64,000 nucleotides of DNA. Source: Auanema rhodensis (Eukaryota > Animalia > Nematoda). Both the position numbers and the translations under genes were made by a program. The stretch is taken from contig OZ059899.1 in assembly GCA_964057225.1 (NCBI GenBank), positions 3,658,001-3,722,000 on the forward strand, given 5' to 3'. Every line of letters starts with the position of its first letter. The first letter of the stretch is position 1. The notes under the pieces were generated by a model that worked only from the letters and a program-made list of their open reading frames with translations, did no database searches and was not told where the DNA came from. Positions 28,542 through 43,980 of this stretch are shown here, in pieces.

Positions 28542-31500
28542 CAAACGATCATAACTAATTTTTGTATTAGGCGTTTCTCAATGTAGTATAGTGCATTCGA
28601 TGCGGATTTTTAAGCTGCGTCGATCTGTGTTATCAGATTTGCGCTAGCTTAAAATGCACCGAGATATCAACTGATATATGTTCACACATATATACCCGAT
28701 TTTCACCCTGAAGAATTAATTTTTTCGTTGAATAACCTTGTCCATCGTCTTTGCCTTGAAAAATGGAATCTAAAAACATCTACTTTTTGCTAAATTATTT
28801 TGAAATTTTTCGAAAAAATTTTTGTCAAAATGTTTTAGGAAGCAATGTTGAGTGTACATGGAAACTCAACATACACTAATGCATCATTTTTCAAACGATC
28901 ATAACTAATTTTTGTATTAAGCGTTTCTCAATATAGTATAGTGCATTCGATGCGGATTTTCAAGCTGCGTCGATCTGTGTTATCAGATTTGCGCTAGCTT
29001 AAAAATGCACCGAGATATCAACTGATATAAGTTCACACATATATACCCGATTTTCACCCTGAAGAATTAATTTTTTCGTTGAATAACATTGTCCATCGTC
29101 TTTGCCTTGAAAAAAGAAATCTGAAAACATCTACTTTTTGCTAAATTATTTTGAAATTTTTCGAAAAAATTTTTGTCAAAATGTTTTTGGAAGCAATGTT
29201 GAGTGTACATGGAAACTCAACATACACTAATGCATCATTTTTCAAACGATCATAACTAATTTTTGTATTAAGCGTTTCTCAATGTAGTATAATGCATTCG
29301 ATGCGGATTTTTAAGCTGCGTCGATCTGTGTTATCAGATTTGCGCTAGCTTAAAAATGCACCGAGATATCAACTGATATAAGTTCACACTTATATCCTCG
29401 ATTTTCACCCTGAAGAAATAATTTTTTCGTTGAATAACATTGTCCATCGTCTTTGCCTTGAAAAATGGAATCTAAAAACATCTACTTTCTGCTAAATTAT
29501 TTTGAAATTTTTCGAAAAAATTTTTGTCAAAATATTTTTGGAAGCAATGTTGAGTGTACATGGAAACTCAACATACACTAATGCATCATTTTTCAAACAA
29601 TCATAACTAATTTTTGTATTAAGCGTTTCTCAATGTAGTATAGTGCATTCGATGCGGATTTTTAAGCTGCGTCGATCTGTGTTATCAGAGTTGCGCTAGC
29701 TTAAAAATGCACCGAGATATCAACTGATATATGTTCACACATATATACCCGATTTTCACCCTGAAGAATTAATTTTTTCGTTGAATAACCTTGTCCATCG
29801 TCTTTGCCTTGAAAAATGGAATCTAAAAACATCTACTTTTTGCTAAATTATTTTGAAATTTTTCGAAAAAATTTTTGTCAAAATGTTTTTGGAAGCAATG
29901 TTGAGTGTACATGGAAACTCAACATACACTAATGCATCATTTTTCAAACGATCATAACTGATTTTTGTATTAAGCGTTTCTCAATGTAGTATAATGCATT
30001 CGATGCGGATTTTTAAGCTGCGTCGATCTGTGTTATCAGATTTGCGCTAGCTTAAAAATGCACCGAGATATCAACTGATATATGTTCACACATATATACC
30101 CGATTTTCACCCTGAAGAATTAATTTTTTCGTTGAATAACATTGTCCATCGTCTTTGCCTTGAAAAATGGATTCTAAAAACATCTACTTTCTGCTAAATT
30201 ATTTTGAAATTTTTCGAAAAAATTTTTGTCAAAATGTTTTTGGAAGCAATGTTGAGTGTACATGGAAACTCAACATACACTAATGCATCATTTTTCAAAC
30301 GATCATAACTAATTTTTGTATTAAGCGTTTCTCAATGTAGTATAGTGCATTCGATGCGGATTTTTAAGCTGCGTCGATCTGTGTTATCAGATTTGCGCTA
30401 GCTTAAAAATGCACCGAGATATCAACTGATATAAGTTCACACTTATATCCTCGATTTTCACCCTGAAGAAATAATTTTTTCGTTGAATAACATTGTCCAT
30501 CGTCTTTGCCTTGAAAAATGGAATCTAAAAACATCTACTTTCTGCTAAATTATTTTGAAATTTTTCGAAAAAATTTTTGTCAAAATGTTTTTGGAAGCAA
30601 TGTTGAGTGTACATGGAAACTCAACATACACTAATGCATCATTTTTCAAACGATCATAACTAATTTTTGTATTAAGCGTTTCTCAATGTAGTATAGTGCA
30701 TTCGATGCAGATTTTTAAGCTGCGTCGATCTGTGTTATCAGATTTGCGCTAGCTTAAAAATGCACCGAGATATCAACTGATATATGTTCACACATATATA
30801 CCCGATTTTCACCCTGAAGAATTAATTTTTTCGTTGAATAACCTTGTCCATCGTCTTTGCCTTGAAAAATGGAATCTAAAAACATCTACTTTTTGCTAAA
30901 TTATTTTGAAATTTTTCGAAAAAATTTTTGTCAAAATGTTTTTGGAAGCAATGTTGAGTGTACATGGAAACTCAACATACACTAATGCATCATTTTTCAA
31001 ACGATCATAACTGATTTTTGTATTAAGCGTTTCTCAATGTAGTATAATGCATTCGATGCGGATTTTTAAGCTGCGTCGATCTGTGTTATCAGATTTGCGC
31101 TAGCTTAAAAATGCACCGAGATATCAACTGATATATGTTCACACATATATACCCGATTTTCACCCTGAAGAATTAATTTTTTCGTTGAATAACCTTGTCC
31201 ATCGTCTTTGCCTTGAAAAATGGAATCTAAAAACATCTACTTTTTGCTAAATTTTTTTGAAATTTTTCGAAAAAATTTTTGTCAAAATGTTTTTGGAAGC
31301 AATGTTGAGTGTACATGGAAACTCAACATACACTAATGCATCATTTTTCAAACGATCATAACTAATTTTTGTATTAAGCGTTTCTCAATGTAGTATAGTG
31401 CATTCGATGCGGATTTTTAAGCTGCGTCGATCTGTGTTATCAGATTTGCGCTAGCTTAAAAATGCACCGAGATATCAACTGATATATGTTCACACATATA

Positions 31501-34500
31501 TACCCGATTTTCACCCTGAAGAATCAATTTTTTCGTTGAATAACCTTGTCCATCGTCTTTGCCTTGAAAAATGGAATCTAAAAACATCTACTTTTTGCTA
31601 AATTATTTTGAAATTTTTCGAAAAAATTTTTGTCAAAATGTTTTTGGAAGCAATGTTGAGTGTACATGGAAACTCAACATACACTAATGCATCATTTTTC
31701 AAACGATCATAACTAATTTTTGTATTAAGCGTTTCTCAATGTAGTATAGTGCATTCGATGCGGATTTTTAAGCTGCGTCGATCTGTGTTATCAGATTTGC
31801 GCTAGCTTAAAAATGCACCGAGATATCAACTGATATAAGTTCACACTTATATCCTCGATTTTCACCCTGAAGAAATAATTTTTTCGTTGAATAACATTGT
31901 CCATCGTCTTTGCCTTGAAAAATGGAATCTAAAAACATCTACTTTTTGCTAAATTTTTTTGAAATTTTTCGAAAAAATTTTTGTCAAAATGTTTTTGGAA
32001 GCAATGTTGAGTGTACATGGAAACTCAACATACACTAATGCATCATTTTTCAAACGATCATAACTAATTTTTGTATTAGGCGTTTCTCAATGTAGTATAG
32101 TGCATTCGATGCGGATTTTTAAGCTGCGTCGATCTGTGTTATCAGATTTGCGCTAGCTTAAAATGCACCGAGATATCAACTGATATATGTTCACACATAT
32201 ATACCCGATTTTCACCCTGAAGAATTAATTTTTTCGTTGAATAACCTTGTCCATCGTCTTTGCCTTGAAAAATGGAATCTAAAAACATCTACTTTTTGCT
32301 AAATTATTTTGAAATTTTTCGAAAAAATTTTTGTCAAAATGTTTTAGGAAGCAATGTTGAGTGTACATGGAAACTCAACATACACTAATGCATCATTTTT
32401 CAAACGATCATAACTAATTTTTGTATTAAGCGTTTCTCAATGTAGTATAGTGCATTCGATGCGGATTTTCAAGCTGCGTCGATCTGTGTTATCAGATTTG
32501 CGCTAGCTTAAAAATGCACCGAGATATCAACTGATATAAGTTCACACATATATACCCGATTTTCACCCTGAAGAATTAATTTTTTCGTTGAATAACATTG
32601 TCCATCGTCTTTGCCTTGAAAAAAGAAATCTAAAAACATCTACTTTTTGCTAAATTATTTTGAAATTTTTCGAAAAAATTTTTGTCAAAATGTTTTTGGA
32701 AGCAATGTTGAGTGTACATGGAAACTCAACATACACTAATGCATCATTTTTCAAACGATCATAACTAATTTTTGTATTAAGCGTTTCTCAATGTAGTATA
32801 ATGCATTCGATGCGGATTTTTAAGCTGCGTCGATCTGTGTTATCAGATTTGCGCTAGCTTAAAAATGCACCGAGATATCAACTGATATAAGTTCACACTT
32901 ATATCCTCGATTTTCACCCTGAAGAAATAATTTTTTCGTTGAATAACATTGTCCATCGTCTTTGCCTTGAGAAATGGAATCTAAAAACATCTACTTTCTG
33001 CTAAATTATTTTGAAATTTTTCGAAAAAATTTTTGTCAAAATATTTTTGGAAGCAATGTTGAGTGTACATGGAAACTCAACATACACTAATGCATCATTT
33101 TTCAAACGATCATAACTAATTTTTGTATTAAGCGTTTCTCAATGTAGTATAGTGCATTCGATGCGGATTTTTAAGCTGCGTCGATCTGTGTTATCAGAGT
33201 TGCGCTAGCTTAAAAATGCACCGAGATATCAACTGATATATGTTCACACATATATACCCGATTTTCACCCTGAAGAATTAATTTTTTCGTTGAATAACCT
33301 TGTCCATCGTCTTTGCCTTGAAAAATGGAATCTAAAAACATCTACTTTTTGCTAAATTATTTTGAAATTTTTCGAAAAAATTTTTGTCAAAATGTTTTTG
33401 GAAGCAATGTTGAGTGTACATGGAAACTCAACATACACTAATGCATCATTTTTCAAACGATCATAACTGATTTTTGTATTAAGCGTTTCTCAATGTAGTA
33501 TAATGCATTCGATGCGGATTTTTAAGCTGCGTCGATCTGTGTTATCAGATTTGCGCTAGCTTAAAAATGCACCGAGATATCAACTGATATATGTTCACAC
33601 ATATATACCCGATTTTCACCCTGAAGAATTAATTTTTTCGTTGAATAACCTTGTCCATCGTCTTTGCCTTGAAAAATGGAATCTAAAAACATCTACTTTT
33701 TGCTAAATTATTTTGAAATTTTTCGAAAAAATTTTTGTCAAAATGTTTTAGGAAGCAATGTTGAGTGTACATGGAAACTCAACATACACTAATGCATCAT
33801 TTTTCAAACGATCATAACTAATTTTTGTATTAAGCGTTTCTCAATGTAGTATAGTGCATTCGATGCGGATTTTCAAGCTGCGTCGATCTGTGTTATCAGA
33901 TTTGCGCTAGCTTAAAAATGCACCGAGATATCAACTGATATAAGTTCACACATATATACCCGATTTTCACCCTGAAGAATTAATTTTTTCGTTGAATAAC
34001 ATTGTCCATCGTCTTTGCCTTGAAAAAAGGAATCTAAAAACATCTACTTTTTGCTAAATTATTTTGAAATTTTTCGAAAAAATTTTTGTCAAAATGTTTT
34101 TGGAAGCAATGTTGAGTGTACATGGAAACTCAACATACACTAATGCATCATTTTTCAAACGATCATAACTAATTTTTGTATTAAGCGTTTCTCAATGTAG
34201 TATAATGCATTCGATGCGGATTTTTAAGCTGCGTCGATCTGTGTTATCAGATTTGCGCTAGCTTAAAAATGCACCGAGATATCAACTGATATAAGTTCAC
34301 ACTTATATCCTCGATTTTCACCCTGAAGAAATAATTTTTTCGTTGAATAACATTGTCCATCGTCTTTGCCTTGAGAAATGGAATCTAAAAACATCTACTT
34401 TCTGCTAAATTATTTTGAAATTTTTCGAAAAAATTTTTGTCAAAATATTTTTGGAAGCAATGTTGAGTGTACATGGAAACTCAACATACACTAATGCATC

Positions 34501-37310
34501 ATTTTTCAAACGATCATAACTAATTTTTGTATTAAGCGTTTCTCAATGTAGTATAGTGCATTCGATGCGGATTTTTAAGCTGCGTCGATCTGTGTTATCA
34601 GAGTTGCGCTAGCTTAAAAATGCACCGAGATATCAACTGATATATGTTCACACATATATACCCGATTTTCACCCTGAAGAATTAATTTTTTCGTTGAATA
34701 ACCTTGTCCATCGTCTTTGCCTTGAAAAATGGAATCTAAAAACATCTACTTTTTGCTAAATTATTTTGAAATTTTTCGAAAAAATTTTTGTCAAAATGTT
34801 TTTGGAAGCAATGTTGAGTGTACATGGAAACTCAACATACACTAATGCATCATTTTTCAAACGATCATAACTGATTTTTGTATTAAGCGTTTCTCAATGT
34901 AGTATAATGCATTCGATGCGGATTTTTAAGCTGCGTCGATCTGTGTTATCAGATTTGCGCTAGCTTAAAAATGCACCGAGATATCAACTGATATATGTTC
35001 ACACATATATACCCGATTTTCACCCTGAAGAATTAATTTTTTCGTTGAATAACCTTGTCCATCGTCTTTGCCTTGAAAAATGGAATCTAAAAACATCTAC
35101 TTTTTGCTAAATTATTTTGAAATTTTTCGAAAAAATTTTTGTCAAAATGTTTTAGGAAGCAATGTTGAGTGTACATGGAAACTCAACATACACTAATGCA
35201 TCATTTTTCAAACGATCATAACTAATTTTTGTATTAAGCGTTTCTCAATGTAGTATAGTGCATTCGATGCGGATTTTCAAGCTGCGTCGATCTGTGTTAT
35301 CAGATTTGCGCTAGCTTAAAATGCACCGAGATATCAACTGATATATGTTCACACATATATACCCGATTTTCACCCTGAAGAATTAATTTTTTCGTTGAAT
35401 AACATTGTCCATCGTCTTTGCCTTGAAAAAAGGAATCTAAAAACATCTACTTTTTGCTAAATTATTTTGAAATTTTTCGAAAAAATTTTTGTCAAAATGT
35501 TTTTGGAAGCAATGTTGAGTGTACATGGAAACTCAACATACACTAATGCATCATTTTTCAAACGATCATAACTAATTTTTGTATTAGGCGTTTCTCAATG
35601 TAGTATAGTGCATTCGATGCGGATTTTTAAGCTGCGTCGATCTGTGTTATCAGATTTGCGCTAGCTTAAAATGCACCGAGATATCAACTGATATATGTTC
35701 ACACATATATACCCGATTTTCACCCTGAAGAATTAATTTTTTCGTTGAATAACCTTGTCCATCGTCTTTGCCTTGAAAAATGGAATCTAAAAACATCTAC
35801 TTTTTGCTAAATTATTTTGAAATTTTTCGAAAAAATTTTTGTCAAAATGTTTTAGGAAGCAATGTTGAGTGTACATGGAAACTCAACATACACTAATGCA
35901 TCATTTTTCAAACGATCATAACTAATTTTTGTATTAAGCGTTTCTCAATATAGTATAGTGCATTCGATGCGGATTTTCAAGCTGCGTCGATCTGTGTTAT
36001 CAGATTTGCGCTAGCTTAAAAATGCACCGAGATATCAACTGATATAAGTTCACACATATATACCCGATTTTCACCCTGAAGAATTAATTTTTTCGTTGAA
36101 TAACATTGTCCATCGTCTTTGCCTTGAAAAAAGAAATCTAAAAACATCTACTTTTTGCTAAATTATTTTGAAATTTTTCGAAAAAATTTTTGTCAAAATG
36201 TTTTTGGAAGCAATGTTGAGTGTACATGGAAACTCAACATACACTAATGCATCATTTTTCAAACGATCATAACTAATTTTTGTATTAAGCGTTTCTCAAT
36301 GTAGTATAATGCATTCGATGCGGATTTTTAAGCTGCGTCGATCTGTGTTATCAGATTTGCGCTAGCTTAAAAATGCACCGAGATATCAACTGATATAAGT
36401 TCACACTTATATCCTCGATTTTCACCCTGAAGAAATAATTTTTTCGTTGAATAACATTGTCCATCGTCTTTGCCTTGAAAAATGGGATCTAAAAACATCT
36501 ACTTTCTGCTAAATTATTTTGAAATTTTTCGAAAAAATTTTTGTCAAAATATTTTTGGAAGCAATGTTGAGTGTACATGGAAACTCAACATACACTAATG
36601 CATCATTTTTCAAACAATCATAACTAATTTTTGTATTAAGCGTTTCTCAATGTAGTATAGTGCATTCGATGCGGATTTTTAAGCTGCGTCGATCTGTGTT
36701 ATCAGAGTTGCGCTAGCTTAAAAATGCACCGAGATATCAACTGATATATGTTCACACATATATACCCGATTTTCACCCTGAAGAATTAATTTTTTCGTTG
36801 AATAACCTTGTCCATCGTCTTTGCCTTGAAAAATGGAATCTAAAAACATCTACTTTTTGCTAAATTATTTTGAAATTTTTCGAAAAAATTTTTGTCAAAA
36901 TGTTTTTGGAAGCAATGTTGAGTGTACATGGAAACTCAACATACACTAATGCATCATTTTTCAAACGATCATAACTGATTTTTGTATTAAGCGTTTCTCA
37001 ATATAGTATAATGCATTCGATGCGGATTTTTAAGCTGCGTCGATCTGTGTTATCAGATTTGCGCTAGCTTAAAAATGCACCGAGATATCAACTGATATAT
37101 GTTCACACATATATACCCGATTTTCACCCTGAAGAATTAATTTTTTCGTTGAATAACATTGTCCATCGTCTTTGCCTTGAAAAATGGATTCTAAAAACAT
37201 CTACTTTCTGCTAAATTATTTTGAAATTTTTCGAAAAAATTTTTGTCAAAATGTTTTTGGAAGCAATGTTGAGTGTACATGGAAACTCAACATACACTAA
37301 TGCATCATTT
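28542..37310 (+). repeat. Imperfect ~10-monomer higher-order repeat (~3509 bp)
   Basis: A 350-bp monomer with TATTAGGCG, a 1-bp deletion and TTTTAGGA starts at 28542, 32051 and 35559. The CAGAGTTG variant falls at 29690, 33199 and 36707. Confidence 0.8.
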
Positions 37311-40300
37311 TTCAAACGATCATAACTAATTTTTGTATTAAGCGTTTCTCAATATAGTATAATGCATTCGATGCGGATTTTTAAGCTGCGTCGATCTGTG
37401 TTATCAGAGTTGCGCTAGCTTAAAAATGCACCGAGATATCAACTGATATATGTTCACACATATATACCCGATTTTCACCCTGAAGAATTAATTTTTTCGT
37501 TGAATAACCTTGTCCATCGTCTTTGCCTTGAAAAATGGATTCTAAAAACATCTACTTTCTGCTAAATTATTTTGAAATTTTTCGAAAAAATTTTTGTCAA
37601 AATATTTTTGGAAGCAATGTTGAGTGTACATGGAAACTCAACATACACTAATGCATCATTTTTCAAACAATCATAACTAATTTTTGTATTAAGCGTTTCT
37701 CAATGTAGTATAGTGCATTCGATGCGGATTTTTAAGCTGCGTCGATCTGTGTTATCAGAGTTGCGCTAGCTTAAAAATGCACCGAGATATCAACTGATAT
37801 ATGTTCACACATATATACCCGATTTTCACCCTGAAGAATTAATTTTTTCGTTGAATAACCTTGTCCATCGTCTTTGCCTTGAAAAATGGAATCTAAAAAC
37901 ATCTACTTTTTGCTAAATTATTTTGAAATTTTTCGAAAAAATTTTTGTCAAAATGTTTTTGGAAGCAATGTTGAGTGTACATGGAAACTCAACATACACT
38001 AATGCATCATTTTTCAAACGATCATAACTGATTTTTGTATTAAGCGTTTCTCAATATAGTATAATGCATTCGATGCGGATTTTTAAGCTGCGTCGATCTG
38101 TGTTATCAGATTTGCGCTAGCTTAAAAATGCACCGAGATATCAACTGATATATGTTCACACATATATACCCGATTTTCACCCTGAAGAATTAATTTTTTC
38201 GTTGAATAACATTGTCCATCGTCTTTGCCTTGAAAAATGGATTCTAAAAACATCTACTTTCTGCTAAATTATTTTGAAATTTTTCGAAAAAATTTTTGTC
38301 AAAATGTTTTTGGAAGCAATGTTGAGTGTACATGGAAACTCAACATACACTAATGCATCATTTTTCAAACGATCATAACTAATTTTTGTATTAAGCGTTT
38401 CTCAATGTAGTATAGTGCATTCGATGCGGATTTTTAAGCTGCGTCGATCTGTGTTATCAGATTTGCGCTAGCTTAAAAATGCACCGAGATATCAACTGAT
38501 ATAAGTTCACACTTATATCCTCGATTTTCACCCTGAAGAAATAATTTTTTCGTTGAATGACATTGTCCATCGTCTTTGCCTTGAAAAATGGAATCTAAAA
38601 ACATCTACTTTCTGCTGAATTATTTTGAAATTTTTCGAAAAAATTTTTGTCAAAATGTTTTTGGAAGCAATGTTGAGTGTACATGGAAACTCAACATACA
38701 CTAATGCATCATTTTTCAAACGATCATAACTAATTTTTGTATTAAGCGTTTCTCAATGTAGTATAGTGCATTCGATGCAGATTTTTAAGCTGCGTCGATC
38801 TGTGTTATCAGATTTGCGCTAGCTTAAAAATGCACCGAGATATCAACTGATATATGTTCACACATATATACCCGATTTTCACCCTGAAGAATTAATTTTT
38901 TCGTTGAATAACCTTGTCCATCGTCTTTGCCTTGAAAAATGGAATCTAAAAACATCTACTTTTTGCTAAATTATTTTGAAATTTTTCGAAAAAATTTTTG
39001 TCAAAATGTTTTTGGAAGCAATGTTGAGTGTACATGGAAACTCAACATACACTAATGCATCATTTTTCAAACGATCATAACTAATTTTTGTATTAAGCTT
39101 TTCTCAATGTAGTATAGTGCATTCGATGCGGATTTTTAAGCTGCGTCGATCTGTGTTATCAGATTTGCGCTAGCTTAAAAATGCACCGAGATATCAACTG
39201 ATATAAGTTCACACTTATATCCTCGATTTTCACCCTGAAGAATCAATTTTTTCGTTGAATAACATTGTCTATCGTCTTTGCCTTGAAAAATGGAATCTAA
39301 AAACATCTACTTTTTGCTAAATTATTTTGAAATTTTTCGAAAAAATTTTTGTCAAAATGTTTTTGGAAGCAATGTTGAGTGTACATGGAAACTCAACATA
39401 CACTAATGCATCATTTTTCAAACGATCATAACTAATTTTTGTATTAAGCTTTTCTCAATGTAGTATAGTGCATTCGATGCGGATTTTTAAGCTGCGTCGA
39501 TCTGTGTTATCAGATTTGCGCTAGCTTAAAAATGCACCGAGATATCAACTGATATAAGTTCACACTTATATCCTCGATTTTCACCCTGAACAATTAATTT
39601 TTTCGTTGAATAACATTGTCTATCGTCTTTGCCTTGAAAAATGGATTCTAAAAACATCTACTTTCTGCTAAATTATTTTGAAATTTTTCGAAAAAATTTT
39701 TGTCAAAATGTTTTTGGAAGCAATGTTGAGTGTACATGGAAACTCAACATACACTAATGCATCATTTTTCAAACGATCATAACTAATTTTTGTATTAAGC
39801 GTTTCTCAATGTAGTATAGTGCATTCGATGCGGATTTTTAAGCTGCGTCGATCTGTGTTATCAGATTTGCGCTAGCTTAAAAATGCACCGAGATATCAAC
39901 TGATATAAGTTCACACTTATATCCTCGATTTTCACCCTGAAGAATTAATTTTTTCGTTGAATAACATTGTCTATCGTCTTTGCCTTGAAAAATGGATTCT
40001 AAAAACATCTACTTTCTGCTAAATTATTTTGAAATTTTTCGAAAAATTTTTGTCAAAATGTTTTTGGAAGCAATGTTGAGTGTACATGGAAACTCAACAT
40101 ACACTAATGCATCCATTTTTCAAACGATCATAACTAATTTTTGTATTAAGCGTTTCTCAATGTAGTATAGTGCATTCGATGCGGATTTTTAAGCTGCGTC
40201 GATCTGTGTTATCAGATTTGCGCTAGCTTAAAAATGCACCGAGATATCAACTGATATAAGTTCACACTTATATCCTCGATTTTCACCCTGAAGAATTAAT

Positions 40301-43300
40301 TTTTTCGTTGAATAACATTGTCCATCGTCTTTGCCTTGAAAAATGGATTCTAAAAACATCTACTTTCTGCTAAATTATTTTGAAATTTTTCGAAAAAATT
40401 TTTGTCAAAATGTTTTTGGAAGCAATGTTGAGTGTACATGGAAACTCAACATACACTAATGCATCATTTTTCAAACGATCATAACTAATTTTTGTATTAA
40501 GCGTTTCTCAATGTAGTATAGTGCATTCGATGCGGATTTTTAAGCTGCGTCGATCTGTGTTATCAGATTTGCGCTAGCTTAAAAATGCACCGAGATATCA
40601 ACTGATATAAGTTCACACTTATATCCTCGATTTTCACCCTGAAGAAATAATTTTTTCGTTGAATGACATTGTCCATCGTCTTTGCCTTGAAAAATGGAAT
40701 CTAAAAACATCTACTTTCTGCTGAATTATTTTGAAATTTTTCGAAAAAATTTTTGTCAAAATGTTTTTGGAAGCAATGTTGAGTGTACATGGAAACTCAA
40801 CATACACTAATGCATCATTTTTCAAACGATCATAACTAATTTTTGTATTAAGCGTTTCTCAATGTAGTATAGTGCATTCGATGCAGATTTTTAAGCTGCG
40901 TCGATCTGTGTTATCAGATTTGCGCTAGCTTAAAAATGCACCGAGATATCAACTGATATATGTTCACACATATATACCCGATTTTCACCCTGAAGAATTA
41001 ATTTTTTCGTTGAATAACCTTGTCCATCGTCTTTGCCTTGAAAAATGGAATCTAAAAACATCTACTTTTTGCTAAATTATTTTGAAATTTTTCGAAAAAA
41101 TTTTTGTCAAAATGTTTTTGGAAGCAATGTTGAGTGTACATGGAAACTCAACATACACTAATGCATCATTTTTCAAACGATCATAACTGATTTTTGTATT
41201 AAGCGTTTCTCAATGTAGTATAATGCATTCGATGCGGATTTTTAAGCTGCGTCGATCTGTGTTATCAGATTTGCGCTAGCTTAAAAATGCACCGAGATAT
41301 CAACTGATATATGTTCACACATATATACCCGATTTTCACCCTGAAGAATTAATTTTTTCGTTGAATAACATTGTCCATCGTCTTTGCCTTGAAAAATGGA
41401 TTCTAAAAACATCTACTTTCTGCTAAATTATTTTGAAATTTTTCGAAAAAATTTTTGTCAAAATGTTTTTGGAAGCAATGTTGAGTGTACATGGAAACTC
41501 AACATACACTAATGCATCATTTTTCAAACGATCATAACTAATTTTTGTATTAAGCGTTTCTCAATGTAGTATAGTGCATTCGATGCGGATTTTTAAGCTG
41601 CGTCGATCTGTGTTATCAGATTTGCGCTAGCTTAAAAATGCACCGAGATATCAACTGATATAAGTTCACACTTATATCCTCGATTTTCACCCTGAAGAAA
41701 TAATTTTTTCGTTGAATGACATTGTCCATCGTCTTTGCCTTGAAAAATGGAATCTAAAAACATCTACTTTCTGCTAAATTATTTTGAAATTTTTCGAAAA
41801 AATTTTTGTCAAAATGTTTTTGGAAGCAATGTTGAGTGTACATGGAAACTCAACATACACTAATGCATCATTTTTCAAACGATCATAACTAATTTTTGTA
41901 TTAAGCGTTTCTCAATGTAGTATAGTGCATTCGATGCAGATTTTTAAGCTGCGTCGATCTGTGTTATCAGATTTGCGCTAGCTTAAAAATGCACCGAGAT
42001 ATCAACTGATATATGTTCACACATATATACCCGATTTTCACCCTGAAGAATTAATTTTTTCGTTGAATAACCTTGTCCATCGTCTTTGCCTTGAAAAATG
42101 GAATCTAAAAACATCTACTTTTTGCTAAATTATTTTGAAATTTTTCGAAAAAATTTTTGTCAAAATGTTTTTGGAAGCAATGTTGAGTGTACATGGAAAC
42201 TCAACATACACTAATGCATCATTTTTCAAACGATCATAACTGATTTTTGTATTAAGCGTTTCTCAATGTAGTATAATGCATTCGATGCGGATTTTTAAGC
42301 TGCGTCGATCTGTGTTATCAGATTTGCGCTAGCTTAAAAATGCACCGAGATATCAACTGATATATGTTCACACATATATACCCGATTTTCACCCTGAAGA
42401 ATTAATTTTTTCGTTGAATAACCTTGTCCATCGTCTTTGCCTTGAAAAATGGAATCTAAAAACATCTACTTTTTGCTAAATTTTTTTGAAATTTTTCGAA
42501 AAAATTTTTGTCAAAATGTTTTTGGAAGCAATGTTGAGTGTACATGGAAACTCAACATACACTAATGCATCATTTTTCAAACGATCATAACTAATTTTTG
42601 TATTAAGCGTTTCTCAATGTAGTATAGTGCATTCGATGCGGATTTTTAAGCTGCGTCGATCTGTGTTATCAGATTTGCGCTAGCTTAAAAATGCACCGAG
42701 ATATCAACTGATATATGTTCACACATATATACCCGATTTTCACCCTGAAGAATTAATTTTTTCGTTGAATAACCTTGTCCATCGTCTTTGCCTTGAAAAA
42801 TGGAATCTAAAAACATCTACTTTTTGCTAAATTATTTTGAAATTTTTCGAAAAAATTTTTGTCAAAATGTTTTTGGAAGCAATGTTGAGTGTACATGGAA
42901 ACTCAACATACACTAATGCATCATTTTTCAAACGATCATAACTAATTTTTGTATTAAGCGTTTCTCAATGTAGTATAGTGCATTCGATGCGGATTTTTAA
43001 GCTGCGTCGATCTGTGTTATCAGATTTGCGCTAGCTTAAAAATGCACCGAGATATCAACTGATATATGTTCACACATATATACCCGATTTTCACCCTGAA
43101 GAATTAATTTTTTCGTTGAATAACCTTGTCCATCGTCTTTGCCTTGAAAAATGGAATCTAAAAACATCTACTTTTTGCTAAATTATTTTGAAATTTTTCG
43201 AAAAAATTTTTGTCAAAATGTTTTTGGAAGCAATGTTGAGTGTACATGGAAACTCAACATACACTAATGCATCATTTTTCAAACGATCATAACTAATTTT

Positions 43301-43980
43301 TGTATTAAGCGTTTCTCAATGTAGTATAGTGCATTCGATGCGGATTTTTAAGCTGCGTCGATCTGTGTTATCAGATTTGCGCTAGCTTAAAAATGCACCG
43401 AGATATCAACTGATATATGTTCACACATATATACCCGATTTTCACCCTGAAGAATTAATTTTTTCGTTGAATAACCTTGTCCATCGTCTTTGCCTTGAAA
43501 AATGGAATCTAAAAACATCTACTTTTTGCTAAATTTTTTTGAAATTTTTCGAAAAAATTTTTGTCAAAATGTTTTTGGAAGCAATGTTGAGTGTACATGG
43601 AAACTCAACATACACTAATGCATCATTTTTCAAACGATCATAACTAATTTTTGTATTAGGCGTTTCTCAATGTAGTATAGTGCATTCGATGCGGATTTTT
43701 AAGCTGCGTCGATCTGTGTTATCAGATTTGCGCTAGCTTAAAATGCACCGAGATATCAACTGATATATGTTCACACATATATACCCGATTTTCACCCTGA
43801 AGAATTAATTTTTTCGTTGAATAACCTTGTCCATCGTCTTTGCTTTGAAAAATGGAATCTAAAAACATCTACTTTTTGCTAAATTATTTTGAAATTTTTC
43901 GAAAAAATTTTTGTCAAAATGTTTTAGGAAGCAATGTTGAGTGTACATGGAAACTCAACATACACTAATGCATCATTTTT

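Noticed and set aside
38528-40825. 63 aa ORFs (MKNDALVY...)
   Set aside because: They are created by rare SNPs (CTGAATT, GAATGAC) in two duplicated monomers and are useful only as duplication markers.
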